Origin: an uncultured Dehalococcoidia bacterium
Lineage (GTDB): Bacteria > Chloroflexota > Dehalococcoidia > Lucifugimonadales > JADFKI01
Assembly: GCA_958295865.1 (NCBI GenBank)
Contig: CATQHF010000004.1
Coordinates: 576,379-640,378, forward strand
Direction: 5' to 3'
Length of the DNA stretch: 64,000 nt
Shown one piece after another: positions 18,322 to 27,206 of this stretch. The notes below the pieces were generated by a model. The model was not told the origin of the DNA, searched no databases, and saw nothing but the letters and a program-made list of their open reading frames with translations. How positions within the stretch are numbered: position 1 is the stretch's first letter; each line of letters starts with the position of its first letter. A program made the translations under genes and the position numbers.

Positions 18322-18573
18322 GAGAAAATTGCAGTAGGTTCTATGGACAATTCGGCTTTTCATCTCGTCATTCCTGCGAAAGCAGGAATCCAGTGCTTTG
18401 AGATAGCCTAGAATATGCGAAAGTGACTACATTCCGATGTTCTGGATTCCCGTTTTCACGGGAATGACGCAAATGTCCACAGAACCTAGTCCCTTCCCCC
18501 TTTGGGGGAAGGTTAGGATGGGGGCGAAAATACTTGCCCATCGACGGCTAAACCGTACTAATGCAATTTTCTC
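18322..18573. mobile_element. MITE-A copy carrying a nested MITE-B, flanked by a 7-bp target-site duplication
   Basis: The TIRs are gagaaaattgcag... and ...actaatgcaattttctc. The direct repeat gacgatt sits immediately outside both ends (18315..18321 and 18574..18580). Confidence 0.8.
18337..18486. mobile_element. Full MITE-B copy inserted into the left arm of MITE-A, TA target duplication
   Basis: The ends are ggttctatggacaattcgg ... aaatgtccacagaacc (imperfect TIR). TA is present on both sides (18335..18336 and 18487..18488). Removing the element and one TA restores the MITE-A consensus gcaTTAgtccc (here gcagTAgtccc). Confidence 0.8.
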
Positions 18574-18702
18574 GACGATTGAAAAACCTTAACGCGCCCC
18601 CCGAAATTATTGACGGCATCAAGGCATAATGCTATCGTCTGCTTGGATGCAACGTGGCGGCGGCATGCCTTGAAACACCCGCCGCCCGACTAAGGAACAG
18701 AT

Positions 18703-19986
18703 TTGGCACAGAGCACATTGGGGGCGCCGGCAGCGGTCGCGGCAGTCGGCTCACTGCCCCTCGCGGCAAAACTTAAGCAGTCCCCTATCGTCGAAATCCT
18801 GCTGCTCGCCGATTTTCGCTGGATTTGGCTTGGTTCGTTCGCCTCCTTCACGGCGATGAACATGCAGATGATAACGCGCGGCTGGCTGGTGCTGCGCCTC
18901 GAAAACGACTCGCCGTCCGCGCTCACCTGGGCGATGGTGTCATTCGCCGCGCCGATGGCGATTATCTCCCTGCTCGGCGGCGCTCTCTCAGACAGAGTGC
19001 CAAAGAAGTACCTCATCATAGGCAGTCAGCTGGGCAACGCCGTCCTCACCCTCACCGTGGGCATGATGGACGCCACCGGCACTATCTGGCTGGGCGCGCT
19101 GCTGGTGCTCGGCGTGCTCAACGGCTCCATGTTCGCCCTCAACATGCCTAGCCGACAGGCAATCATCTCAGAGATTGTGCCGCGCCATCGCGTCATGAAC
19201 GCCGTCGCGCTGAACAACACCTCCATGAACCTGACGCGCACATTCGGGCCCGCCCTCGCCGGCATTCTCATCGCCTTCTTCAGCACCGCGCTGGTCTTCT
19301 ACCTCGTCTCAATCGTGTATGTGTTCTCCGCACTGTCGGTCGTGCGCCTCAAGAACAAGGGCGTCGTGCCTGCCGCCGCCCGCAAGAGCGTCATAGGCGA
19401 CATCAAGGAAGGCTTGAGCTACGCCCTGGGCGATGCCACCCTGCGCGGGCTGATTATCATGGCATTCATGCCCGCGATGTTCGGCTACACGCTGTTCGCC
19501 CTCATGCCCGCATGGGCGCGCGAGCAGCTGAATGTAACCTCATTCGACCTCGGCTACCTGATGGCGGTTATGGGCATAGGCGCTCTAGTCGGCACGATTG
19601 GGCTGGCGTCGATGCGAAACCTCAACAGGCGCGGGACGATACTAATCGTCATCAGCGTGTTCTGGGGCATGTCGGTCGTGGGCGTCGCCTTCGCCGCCGA
19701 ATTCGTGTCGGCGGTGTTCTTCCTGATTGTGTACGGGCTGCTCAGCTCGCTGTACATGTCGCTGAACATGACGCTCTCGCAGATATACGCCGAGCCCGAA
19801 AAGCGCGGGCGCGTGATGAGCCTGTTCATGATGACATTCGGCCTAATGCCCATCGGCGCGATACCCTTCGGCGAGTTCGCGGAAGTAATCGGCACCGGGC
19901 AGGCGCTGAGCATAAGCGGCATGATCCTGACCGCTCTGACCCTGATATTCGCCTTCTCATACCCCCACTTCCGCAGAATCCAATAA
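18703..19986 (+). CDS. MFS transporter
   Basis: 427 aa with about 12 predicted TM helices. The loop 2-3 motif LGGALSDRVPKK is MFS-like. The start is TTG with aagga upstream, so it is uncertain. Confidence 0.8.
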   Translation: MAQSTLGAPAAVAAVGSLPLAAKLKQSPIVEILLLADFRWIWLGSFASFTAMNMQMITRGWLVLRLENDSPSALTWAMVSFAAPMAIISLLGGALSDRVPKKYLIIGSQLGNAVLTLTVGMMDATGTIWLGALLVLGVLNGSMFALNMPSRQAIISEIVPRHRVMNAVALNNTSMNLTRTFGPALAGILIAFFSTALVFYLVSIVYVFSALSVVRLKNKGVVPAAARKSVIGDIKEGLSYALGDATLRGLIIMAFMPAMFGYTLFALMPAWAREQLNVTSFDLGYLMAVMGIGALVGTIGLASMRNLNRRGTILIVISVFWGMSVVGVAFAAEFVSAVFFLIVYGLLSSLYMSLNMTLSQIYAEPEKRGRVMSLFMMTFGLMPIGAIPFGEFAEVIGTGQALSISGMILTALTLIFAFSYPHFRRIQ

Positions 19987-20093
19987 CATCCCAACCCTCA
20001 TGCCCATCACAGCGCCTCCGTTCATCGGAGTGTACATCTATCTCCGCTCATGATAAGTCTTGCGAGCTTGCCGAACTCCAACAAGTTCGTGGT

Positions 20094-20282
20094 CAGGACT
20101 TACGCACTTGAATATGAACTCCCACCCGAGATTAACCTGTTTCAAGTACGAAATCGCGCTCAACTGCGTAAAAGCCCTATTCTTAATTGGAGAAAGTCCC
20201 TTCCCCCTTTGGGGGAAGGTTAGGATGGGGGCGAAAACGCTCTCCCATCGACGGCTAAACTATACCAATGCAATTTTCTCAT
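20094..20282. repeat. Hairpin element D followed by a MITE-A copy
   Basis: The D element reads caggacttacgcacttgaatatgaac...gtttcaagtacgaaatcgcgctcaactgcgtaa. It is followed by attcttaattggagaaagtcccttccccctttgggggaaggttaggatggggg...ccaatgcaattttctc. Confidence 0.75.
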
Positions 20283-20328
20283 CAGGACTTACACACTTGC
20301 TGAAAACCGACTGACCGGCCTACCCCAG

Positions 20329-21186
20329 ATGATTATCGACTTTCACACGCACATCTTCCCGCCGGAGATGCGAGAGCGCCGCGACCGCTACACTCGCCGC
20401 GACGCGACATTCGCCGCGCTCTACGCCGACCCCAAGGCGCGCATGGCAAGCGCCGAAGACCTCATCGGCATTATGGACAAAGACGGCGTAGATGTCGCCG
20501 TCGCGATGGGCATAGGCTGGGCAGACCACGGCGCGGCGCGCGAAGCGAACGACTACATCATCGAGGCAAGTCAACGCTGGCGCGGGCGCATAGTCGGCTT
20601 CGCGGGCATAAACCCGGCATGGGGCGATGCCGCGGAGCAAGAAGCCGCGCGCTGCGCCGACGCGGGGCTGCGCGGCATTGGCGAGCTGCACCCGGATACG
20701 CAGCGATTCGACCTAGCCGACAAGCGCGCCATGGCAGGCTTGATGGCAGTCGCGCAAGAGCGCAGCCTCATCGTAACCACGCACTCATCCGAGCCGGTGG
20801 GACACCTGTACGCCGGCAAGGGCAGCGTAACGCCGCAAGTCCTGATGCGCTTCATCGGCAACTTCCCGTCGGCAACAATAGTGTGCGCCCACTGGGGCGG
20901 CGGACTGCCGTTCTACGCGCTCATGCCGGAGGTCGCCGATGCGCTGCGAAATGTCTATTTCGACAGCGCGGCGTCGCCATACCTGTACACGCCGCGCGTC
21001 TATTCATCCGTGGCATCGCTCGTCGGCGCTGACAAGCTGCTGTTCGGCAGCGACTACGCCCTACTGCGCCCGCGCCGCCTGCTCCAAGAAATAGCCGCCT
21101 CCGCGCTCACGCCGCAAGAGCAAGACGCCATGCGATGCGCAAACGCCGCGCGCCTGCTGCGGCTTGAATGTTATACCGAGAAGTAA
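20329..21186 (+). CDS. Amidohydrolase-2 family metal-dependent hydrolase (TIM barrel)
   Basis: MIIDFHTHIFPPEM is an HxH metal-ligand N-terminus. Further motifs are CAHWGGG and LLFGSDYAL (Asp ligand). Confidence 0.85.
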   Translation: MIIDFHTHIFPPEMRERRDRYTRRDATFAALYADPKARMASAEDLIGIMDKDGVDVAVAMGIGWADHGAAREANDYIIEASQRWRGRIVGFAGINPAWGDAAEQEAARCADAGLRGIGELHPDTQRFDLADKRAMAGLMAVAQERSLIVTTHSSEPVGHLYAGKGSVTPQVLMRFIGNFPSATIVCAHWGGGLPFYALMPEVADALRNVYFDSAASPYLYTPRVYSSVASLVGADKLLFGSDYALLRPRRLLQEIAASALTPQEQDAMRCANAARLLRLECYTEK

Positions 21187-21286
21187 GCCAGCAAAAGACA
21201 GCGTATGCAACTCATTTACACCAAATACGCAGCGTTGTAACCTATATTATGAGTTATCGCATATTTACTTGTACTAAGGAGCCAGG

Positions 21287-22531
21287 TTGAACACAGATAT
21301 ACAACCTTCTCAAGAGGACATGCACACCCTTGCGTTGCGTCTAGGCAGTGTCTTCAGTCCTGCTACGCCTGTTAGCCACGCTACTCTATTTGCCGGTCGC
21401 AGATCTCAACTGGAAGAAATCTCAGATTCCGTGAGCCAACGAGGACTTCACACGGTGTTGTTTGGAGAGCGAGGCGTAGGTAAGACATCACTTGCGAATG
21501 TCTTTCCCGAATTCCTAAGAAACGCCGGAATAGATGACCTGATTGTCTCAAAGGTGAACTGCGATTCAACGGACAACTTTTCGAGCATCTGGAGGAAGGC
21601 GCTCAGGGAAATCCAGATATCGATGGAATCGCCTAGCATGGGTTTCGCGCCTCATAATGTCACCACCAGCGAAACTTTAGACCTCCTGCTACAGGATGAC
21701 CCTAGTCCGGAAGATATAAGGTATCTTCTTCAGAGGGTAGGTGGGCACCCGTTATTAGTGATAGACGAATATGACCGACTTGAAGACGGTTCCGTCTCTC
21801 GCCTGATGGCAGACACGATTAAGGCTCTGTCAGATCATTCGGTCAATGCGACCATCATACTTGTTGGCGTAGCCGACACGGTAGATGAACTGATTGCCGA
21901 ACACCAGTCAATCGACAGATGCCTAGTTCAAGTACATATGCCAAGGATGTCAATGGAGGAACTAGCCGATATTTTGGATAATGGGCTTGTTCAGGTAGGT
22001 ATGGAAATCGCGGACACCGCAAGATTCCTCATTACCTTTCTTTCACAAGGACTTCCGCATTACACACACCTGCTAGGCTTGATAGCCGCAAGGCTTGCCG
22101 TTGGGCAAGAGCGTCTGCAAGTAATAGAAGCTGATGCGGAACACTCGATACGGCTGGCAGTTCATCAAGCGCAACAAAGCACATTGGACAGCTACACATC
22201 CGCAACATCCAGTTCCCGGAAAGACAACTTGTTCAAGCAGGTACTCCTATCATGCGCTTTAGCGCCTACGGATGAACTAGGCTTCTTTACGGCAAGGGAT
22301 GTTAGCGAGCCTATGTCTCGGATAATGGGCAAGCCATACCGAGTTGCTGCATTTGCCCGCCACTTAGAGCAGTTCTGCAAACCGGAAAGAGGACCCGTAC
22401 TCCAAAAGCAAGGCGTCAGGAGACGCTATCGCTATCGCTTCATAAATCCACTTCTGCAACCCTATGTGCTGTTTCACGGACTTTCGCACAGACTGATTAC
22501 AATAGATTCGCTGGAACGGAAACCTAACTAA
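21287..22531 (+). CDS. Orc1/Cdc6-like AAA+ ATPase with C-terminal winged-helix-like region
   Basis: Walker A LFGERGVGKTSL and Walker B LLVIDEYDRLED are present, plus the sensor region ATIILVGVADT. The basic C-terminal tail is RRRYRYRFINPLLQPYV. G+C is visibly lower than in the flanks. The start is TTG at 21287 with aagga upstream; an alternative ATG lies at 21320. Confidence 0.75.
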   Translation: MNTDIQPSQEDMHTLALRLGSVFSPATPVSHATLFAGRRSQLEEISDSVSQRGLHTVLFGERGVGKTSLANVFPEFLRNAGIDDLIVSKVNCDSTDNFSSIWRKALREIQISMESPSMGFAPHNVTTSETLDLLLQDDPSPEDIRYLLQRVGGHPLLVIDEYDRLEDGSVSRLMADTIKALSDHSVNATIILVGVADTVDELIAEHQSIDRCLVQVHMPRMSMEELADILDNGLVQVGMEIADTARFLITFLSQGLPHYTHLLGLIAARLAVGQERLQVIEADAEHSIRLAVHQAQQSTLDSYTSATSSSRKDNLFKQVLLSCALAPTDELGFFTARDVSEPMSRIMGKPYRVAAFARHLEQFCKPERGPVLQKQGVRRRYRYRFINPLLQPYVLFHGLSHRLITIDSLERKPN

Positions 22532-23733
22532 ACGCTTTGCCGGTGATGCTTCGGGCGAAATATCCCGAACGAGCTCGTGTAGCCGTGAAGAAATGTGGAC
22601 TCGCCCACCTGACCGATCTCGCCGTTGCAGAAGAAGCCGGTCAGCGGCACCGGCCCGACCATCTCGCTGAACATATCGGTGTCGTGGTCCGGCTTGCCGT
22701 ACAGGTATGAGCCGCGCCCAAGGCACTGGAACAGCAGCGCGCCCGCCCCTTGCGGCCCGTCATCCGGCTGCCCTGACATGTACTGCTCCAGCAGCGCGCT
22801 CAGGTCTTGCGACGATGTTTCGGCGTCGCGCAGATGGAACTGAACCGTCTGCCCTTCCTTGAGCAGCTCGCCCACCGCAAGAGCGCCGTGCTGCGCGTCC
22901 ACGCCCACGATGTTGCGTATGAGGAAGTCGCCGAGCTGCGGATTATCGTTCAGCTCATCCATCACCACGCCGAGAAAGAGCGAATGTTGCGCCAGTCCGC
23001 GGTCGCGCTCGTTCAGCGTGAGAAATATCTCTTTCAAGATCTCAAACGGCGTGCGCCCGTCCACTTCCAGCAGAATGTTGCGCCGACAAGAAGTGATGTG
23101 CATGAAGTCGCCGATGGGACGGCAGCCCTGCGCGACCACCGTATCTATCTGCACATCGCCCTCGAACGCCAAGCCCACCACGCCGCTCTTGTGCGTCTCA
23201 TTGCCGAGATACAGCGCGTTGCCGCCCTCATGGTGCGCGCCGCTCGCCAACCCGCCAATCTTGACGCTGTGCGGAAAGGCGTAGTCCAGCCCCATCAACA
23301 GCTGTTCGCCGCGCATGCTGTACGGGTCGGCGAGTATGAGGAAGTGCGACTCCGAGCCGATGGGCATGCCCACCAGCGCGCCCCATTCATGGGGTGGAGC
23401 GTCGCCGTCGGGCAGCGCTTCATACTGGATATGAAACGGCGTCAGCCGCACGCCGGGCAGATGCGCCGCCGTCAGCGCGAAGCCGGGGCGGTTCTCCACC
23501 TCCGTCGCCGCGCCAATCACGCCGCCGCCGCTGCAACCCACAAGCAGCGCATCGCCGAACCGCTCCGCCACAAGCGCCGTCACCGCCTCATATTCCGGCG
23601 CATAGTGCGGCGATACGAAGGCGACTACCATGTGCGGAGGCAGTTCGCCAAGCTCACCCTCGATTTTGCGCGCGCACTCATCGAACGCCCCGGCAAGCGT
23701 CGCCTCTTCCGATATAGATGAACTCCACTTCAT
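22528..23733 (-). CDS. FIST-domain (FIST_N + FIST_C) sensory protein
   Basis: The architecture is typical of FIST proteins (MKWSSSISEE...VVAFVSPHY...GCSGGGVIG...GFFCNGEIG). I prefer the ATG at 23733, preceded by gggga, over the track start at 23760. Confidence 0.75.
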   Translation of the reverse strand: MKWSSSISEEATLAGAFDECARKIEGELGELPPHMVVAFVSPHYAPEYEAVTALVAERFGDALLVGCSGGGVIGAATEVENRPGFALTAAHLPGVRLTPFHIQYEALPDGDAPPHEWGALVGMPIGSESHFLILADPYSMRGEQLLMGLDYAFPHSVKIGGLASGAHHEGGNALYLGNETHKSGVVGLAFEGDVQIDTVVAQGCRPIGDFMHITSCRRNILLEVDGRTPFEILKEIFLTLNERDRGLAQHSLFLGVVMDELNDNPQLGDFLIRNIVGVDAQHGALAVGELLKEGQTVQFHLRDAETSSQDLSALLEQYMSGQPDDGPQGAGALLFQCLGRGSYLYGKPDHDTDMFSEMVGPVPLTGFFCNGEIGQVGESTFLHGYTSSFGIFRPKHHRQSV

Positions 23734-23920
23734 AGCGCTCCCCCTGACGCATCGCGTCATCCGAACTCTGACAGGTCGTTACCAAGATTACGGCTATTCT
23801 AGCAGACAATCGCGTCGCAAAGCGCGCGCCTTCCAGTCGGACGCTCAAAGCATTACAATCATGACCATCCTCAATCCCGTTTATCCGTCCATCCCGTTAG
23901 CCCCACATAGGAGGTTCGAT

Positions 23921-24754
23921 ATGACCAAATTCGCGGGTCGCGCAGCCATCGTAACGGGCGGCGCGGCAGGCATCGGCGGGGCGACGGCGCGCCTGCTCGC
24001 CGAGCAAGGCGCGAGCGTGCTGATTGCCGACATCAACCTCGCTGCGGCTGAAGCCAACGCCGAGAACATTCGCGGCGCGGGCAATGTCGCCGAAGCGATC
24101 GCCGCCGATGTCGCCAGCCACGATGACATAGCGGCGATGGTGCAAAGCGCCGTAGAGCGCTGGGGCAGGCTCGACATCCTGGTCAACAACGCTTACAGCC
24201 CGACGTACGAAGCGGACGGCGACGCCCTCAGCGTGAGCGAGCGGGCGTGGGACGCGGGCATGGCGACGCTGGTGAAGGCGCACTTCCTCGCCACAAAGTA
24301 CGCCGTGCCGCACATGCGCGCAAGCGGCGGCGGCAGCATCGTCAACATCTCGTCGGTGCATGGGCTGCTCATGGCGCCGCGCAAGCTCATCTACGAAGCG
24401 GGCAAGTCCGCCGTCATAGGCATCACCAAGCAGATGGCGATAGACTTCGGACCCGACGGCGTCCGCGTGAACGCCATCTGCCCGGGACACATCGTCACCG
24501 AGCGACAGCAAGAGCGCTGGGACGAAAACCCGTCAGGACTGCGCTACTTCGAGGATCAGTATCCGCTCAGGCGAACGGGGCTGCCCTCGGACATCGCCAA
24601 CGCCGTCGCCTTCCTATGCTCCGATGAGGCGTCATTCATCACGGGACACGCGCTCGTAGTTGACGGCGGGTTGACCATCCAGCTCCAAGAAGACTTCAGC
24701 GTGCGACAGGTGCGATACATCCAAGAGAACCCCGATACGCAACTGCCGTACTAG
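23921..24754 (+). CDS. SDR-family oxidoreductase
   Basis: TGGAAGIGGATA cofactor motif, NNAY, and catalytic YEAGKSAV (YxxxK). SD ggagg precedes the ATG at 23921. The track ORF begins upstream, at 23630. Confidence 0.9.
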   Translation: MTKFAGRAAIVTGGAAGIGGATARLLAEQGASVLIADINLAAAEANAENIRGAGNVAEAIAADVASHDDIAAMVQSAVERWGRLDILVNNAYSPTYEADGDALSVSERAWDAGMATLVKAHFLATKYAVPHMRASGGGSIVNISSVHGLLMAPRKLIYEAGKSAVIGITKQMAIDFGPDGVRVNAICPGHIVTERQQERWDENPSGLRYFEDQYPLRRTGLPSDIANAVAFLCSDEASFITGHALVVDGGLTIQLQEDFSVRQVRYIQENPDTQLPY

Positions 24755-24756
24755 CC

Positions 24757-25299
24757 ATGAATACCCTGCCGGACTACTTGCGGCCGAACCTGGACATCGT
24801 GCTGGTCGGTCTAAACCCCAGCCTGCGCTCGGTAGAGGTGGGGCACTACTTCGCGTCGCCGCGCAATCGCTTCTGGCGCGCCATAAACCGCTCCGGGCTG
24901 CTCAGCGCTCCGCTAGACTACACCACCGACCACAAGATGCCGGAACAGGGCATAGGCTTGACCGACATCGTGAAGCGTCCGACGCGCGGCGCGTCCGACC
25001 TGCGCGCCGCCGACTATCGCAAATGGGCGCCCGTGCTAAAATCCAAGATAGAGCGGTTCGAGCCGCTCATCGTCTGCTTTCATGGCGCGGTCGCATATCG
25101 CAACTACCTGCGGCATGCGGAAGGCGTCAGCGCGCCGACCTTGGAATTAGGCTTACAGCCGCGCACAATCGGACGCTCACGAGTGTTCCTCGTACCCAAC
25201 CCCAGCCCCGCAAACGCCGCCTACTCGCTCGACACGCTCATAAGCTGGTATGAAGAACTGCGCGACCTGCGCCGCAATCTCAAGGAGAATTGCGACTGA
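24757..25299 (+). CDS. mug: G/U mismatch-specific DNA glycosylase (Mug/TDG, UDG family 2)
   Basis: LDIVLVGLNPSLRSVEVGHYFASPRNRFW matches the Mug/TDG active-site region (GxNPS...F..P.N.FW). Confidence 0.85.
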   Translation: MNTLPDYLRPNLDIVLVGLNPSLRSVEVGHYFASPRNRFWRAINRSGLLSAPLDYTTDHKMPEQGIGLTDIVKRPTRGASDLRAADYRKWAPVLKSKIERFEPLIVCFHGAVAYRNYLRHAEGVSAPTLELGLQPRTIGRSRVFLVPNPSPANAAYSLDTLISWYEELRDLRRNLKENCD

Positions 25300-25329
25300 G
25301 CGCCAAAGTGGACGCCGCCCTAAACGACC

Positions 25330-25560
25330 CTACCACTTTCCCATGCGCTCCCTGTCCGACACCTCTCGCATCTTCTCCGCCTCCCGCGACATCTCTTGCA
25401 TCTTCATCACCCCCATTGAACTGTACGGCGCGGTTGGAAAGATGAACGACAATGTGCTTTCTAGCACCGTTAGAGTGGCAATCAAGCACCACTTGAGGAT
25501 GCCCAAAGTTAACCGGGTGAGTCGCCACCCCCATATCCTTGCGAACAGTCGCTTAAGCAT
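25330..25560 (-). CDS. Hypothetical small membrane protein
   Basis: The ATG at 25560 is preceded by gagga. The product has one hydrophobic helix (LTLGILKWCLIATLTVL). I recognised no homolog. The track ORF extends into the adjacent repeat. Confidence 0.35.
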   Translation of the reverse strand: MLKRLFARIWGWRLTRLTLGILKWCLIATLTVLESTLSFIFPTAPYSSMGVMKMQEMSREAEKMREVSDRERMGKW

Positions 25561-25577
25561 ATTTCCTCTATCAACAA

Positions 25578-25927
25578 GAGAAAATTGCATTAGTCCCTTC
25601 CCCCATCAAGGGGGACGGTTTCCAGTCTGGCGAGCGAGTCGGTCGCGCCAATTGTCCCTTCCCCCTTTGGGGGAAGGTTAGGATGGGGGCGAAAATGCTC
25701 GCCCATCGACGGCTAAACTATACCAATGCAATTTTCTCATCAGGACTTACGCACTTGAATATGAACTCCTACCCGAGATTGACCCGTTTCAAGTACGAAA
25801 TCGCGCTCAACTGCGTAAGTCCTATTCTTAATTTTGGAGAAAGTCCCTTCCCCCTTTGGGGGAAGGTTAGGATGGGGGCAAAAACGCTTGCCCATCGACG
25901 GCTAAACTATACCAATGCAATTTTCTC
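25578..25927. repeat. Composite repeat: MITE-A, hairpin element D, MITE-A
   Basis: gagaaaattgcattagtccc... runs to ...ccaatgcaattttctc, followed by atcaggacttacgcacttgaa...ctcaactgcgtaagtcct, then attcttaattttggagaaagtccc... running to ...ccaatgcaattttctc. Confidence 0.8.
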
Positions 25928-25943
25928 ATTGAGAATACCGATA

Positions 25944-25972
25944 TTGACGAATATCTCGTGCCTTGCAATAAT
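25944..25972 (+). promoter_or_regulatory. Candidate sigma70-type promoter upstream of the small ORF/thpR pair
   Basis: TTGACG, then a 17-nt spacer, then AATAAT. This is a consensus match only. Confidence 0.3.
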
Positions 25973-26094
25973 CGGGGAAATGCCCGATAGCACGATTGCA
26001 ATCACGAATAGGCGTGCCGACGGCGGGCTTGATTACACCCACCATAACGGGATGTATGCCCGATGTATGCCCATTGAGTTCGTTCGGTGATGCG

Positions 26095-26316
26095 ATGAAG
26101 CGGCGCAAGGCTGACGACCGGATGCCCAAGTGGGTTTGGGATAAGGACTTGGAATGGGGAGACCCTCCATTTGATCCCATTACCCCTATTGTGGTCAACC
26201 TGCTGGTCAGATTCAAATGGTGGTCCAACAAAGAGCGCCGCAAGCGCGAACGCCACCGCAATTGGCTCCAAAGCGCGCAATCCAAATCTCGCGGTGAACG
26301 GCAGTCAGAGCGTTAA
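26095..26316 (+). CDS. Hypothetical small basic protein
   Basis: A 73-aa ORF (MKRRKADDRMPKWVWDKDLEWGDPPFDP...) ending 1 nt before the thpR start. I recognised no family. Confidence 0.3.
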   Translation: MKRRKADDRMPKWVWDKDLEWGDPPFDPITPIVVNLLVRFKWWSNKERRKRERHRNWLQSAQSKSRGERQSER

Positions 26317-26949
26317 GTGTGTACGAAAAAAGAGGCAACCATACGCGCCTTTGTCGCCATAGAACTCGATGACAGCGTAAAAGCGCACATCGCCGCCGCG
26401 AGCGAGGCGCTTCGTCGCGAGCGAATCGAGGGGCTGCGGCTGGTACGTCCCGAGGGCGTTCACCTGACGCTGAAGTTCCTCGGCAACATCGGCGCTGGCA
26501 AGGTTTCACAGATTGCCGACGCGATGGCGAGCGTCGCGGCGCGGCATGCGCCCTTCAGCCTGACGCTCGGCGCGCCCGGCGCGTTCCCCAACCCTGCCAG
26601 AGCGCGCGTCCTCTGGGTCGGCGTCGCGGGCGACTTGCGCCCGCTCATAGAACTGCAACGCGGCGTGGACGAAGCGCTTGCAGCCGTCGGGTTCGCAGCC
26701 GAAAAGCAGCCGTTCAGCCCGCACCTGACCATCGGCAGAATGAACCACAGAGCATCGCGCGCGAACAGGCAGCGCGCCATGCGCGCCCTCGCCGCGCACC
26801 CATTGCCCGCAAGCCAGACAATCGCCGCAGCCTCCATCAGTCTAATGAAAAGCGCTTTGCTGCCGGGCGGCACAGTCCACGAACGCATCGGCGGCTGGGA
26901 ATTAGGAATAGGATGTCAGGTGTCAGATTTTCAGGATTGTAAGTGTTGA
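26317..26949 (+). CDS. thpR: RNA 2',3'-cyclic phosphodiesterase (2H phosphoesterase, ThpR/LigT)
   Basis: Two HxT/S motifs at the expected spacing: GVHLTLKFLG and SPHLTIGR. The start is GTG. Confidence 0.85.
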   Translation: MCTKKEATIRAFVAIELDDSVKAHIAAASEALRRERIEGLRLVRPEGVHLTLKFLGNIGAGKVSQIADAMASVAARHAPFSLTLGAPGAFPNPARARVLWVGVAGDLRPLIELQRGVDEALAAVGFAAEKQPFSPHLTIGRMNHRASRANRQRAMRALAAHPLPASQTIAAASISLMKSALLPGGTVHERIGGWELGIGCQVSDFQDCKC

Positions 26950-26952
26950 CTA

Positions 26953-27147
26953 GGTTCTATGGACAATTCGACCTTTCATCTCATCATTCCTGCTCACTCA
27001 CCGCCATTCCTGCGAAAGAACGTCACCCTTGCGGAAGCAGAGGCAGGAATCCAGCGCCATGAGATAGCCTAAAATATGCGAAAGTGCCTACCTTCTGATG
27101 TTCTGGCTTCCCGTTTTCACGGGAATAACGCAAATATCCACACAACC
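26953..27147. mobile_element. Full MITE-B copy with TA target duplication
   Basis: The ends are ggttctatggacaattcga ... aaatatccacacaacc, with TA on both sides (26951..26952 and 27148..27149). Internal hairpins are cattcctgcgaaag...caggaatc and cttcccgttttcacgggaat. Confidence 0.8.
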
Positions 27148-27206
27148 TAACCGAAGCCAAATAATCGAGAACACAAAACTCACCGAACAGAAACGGAGTA
27201 TCAAGC

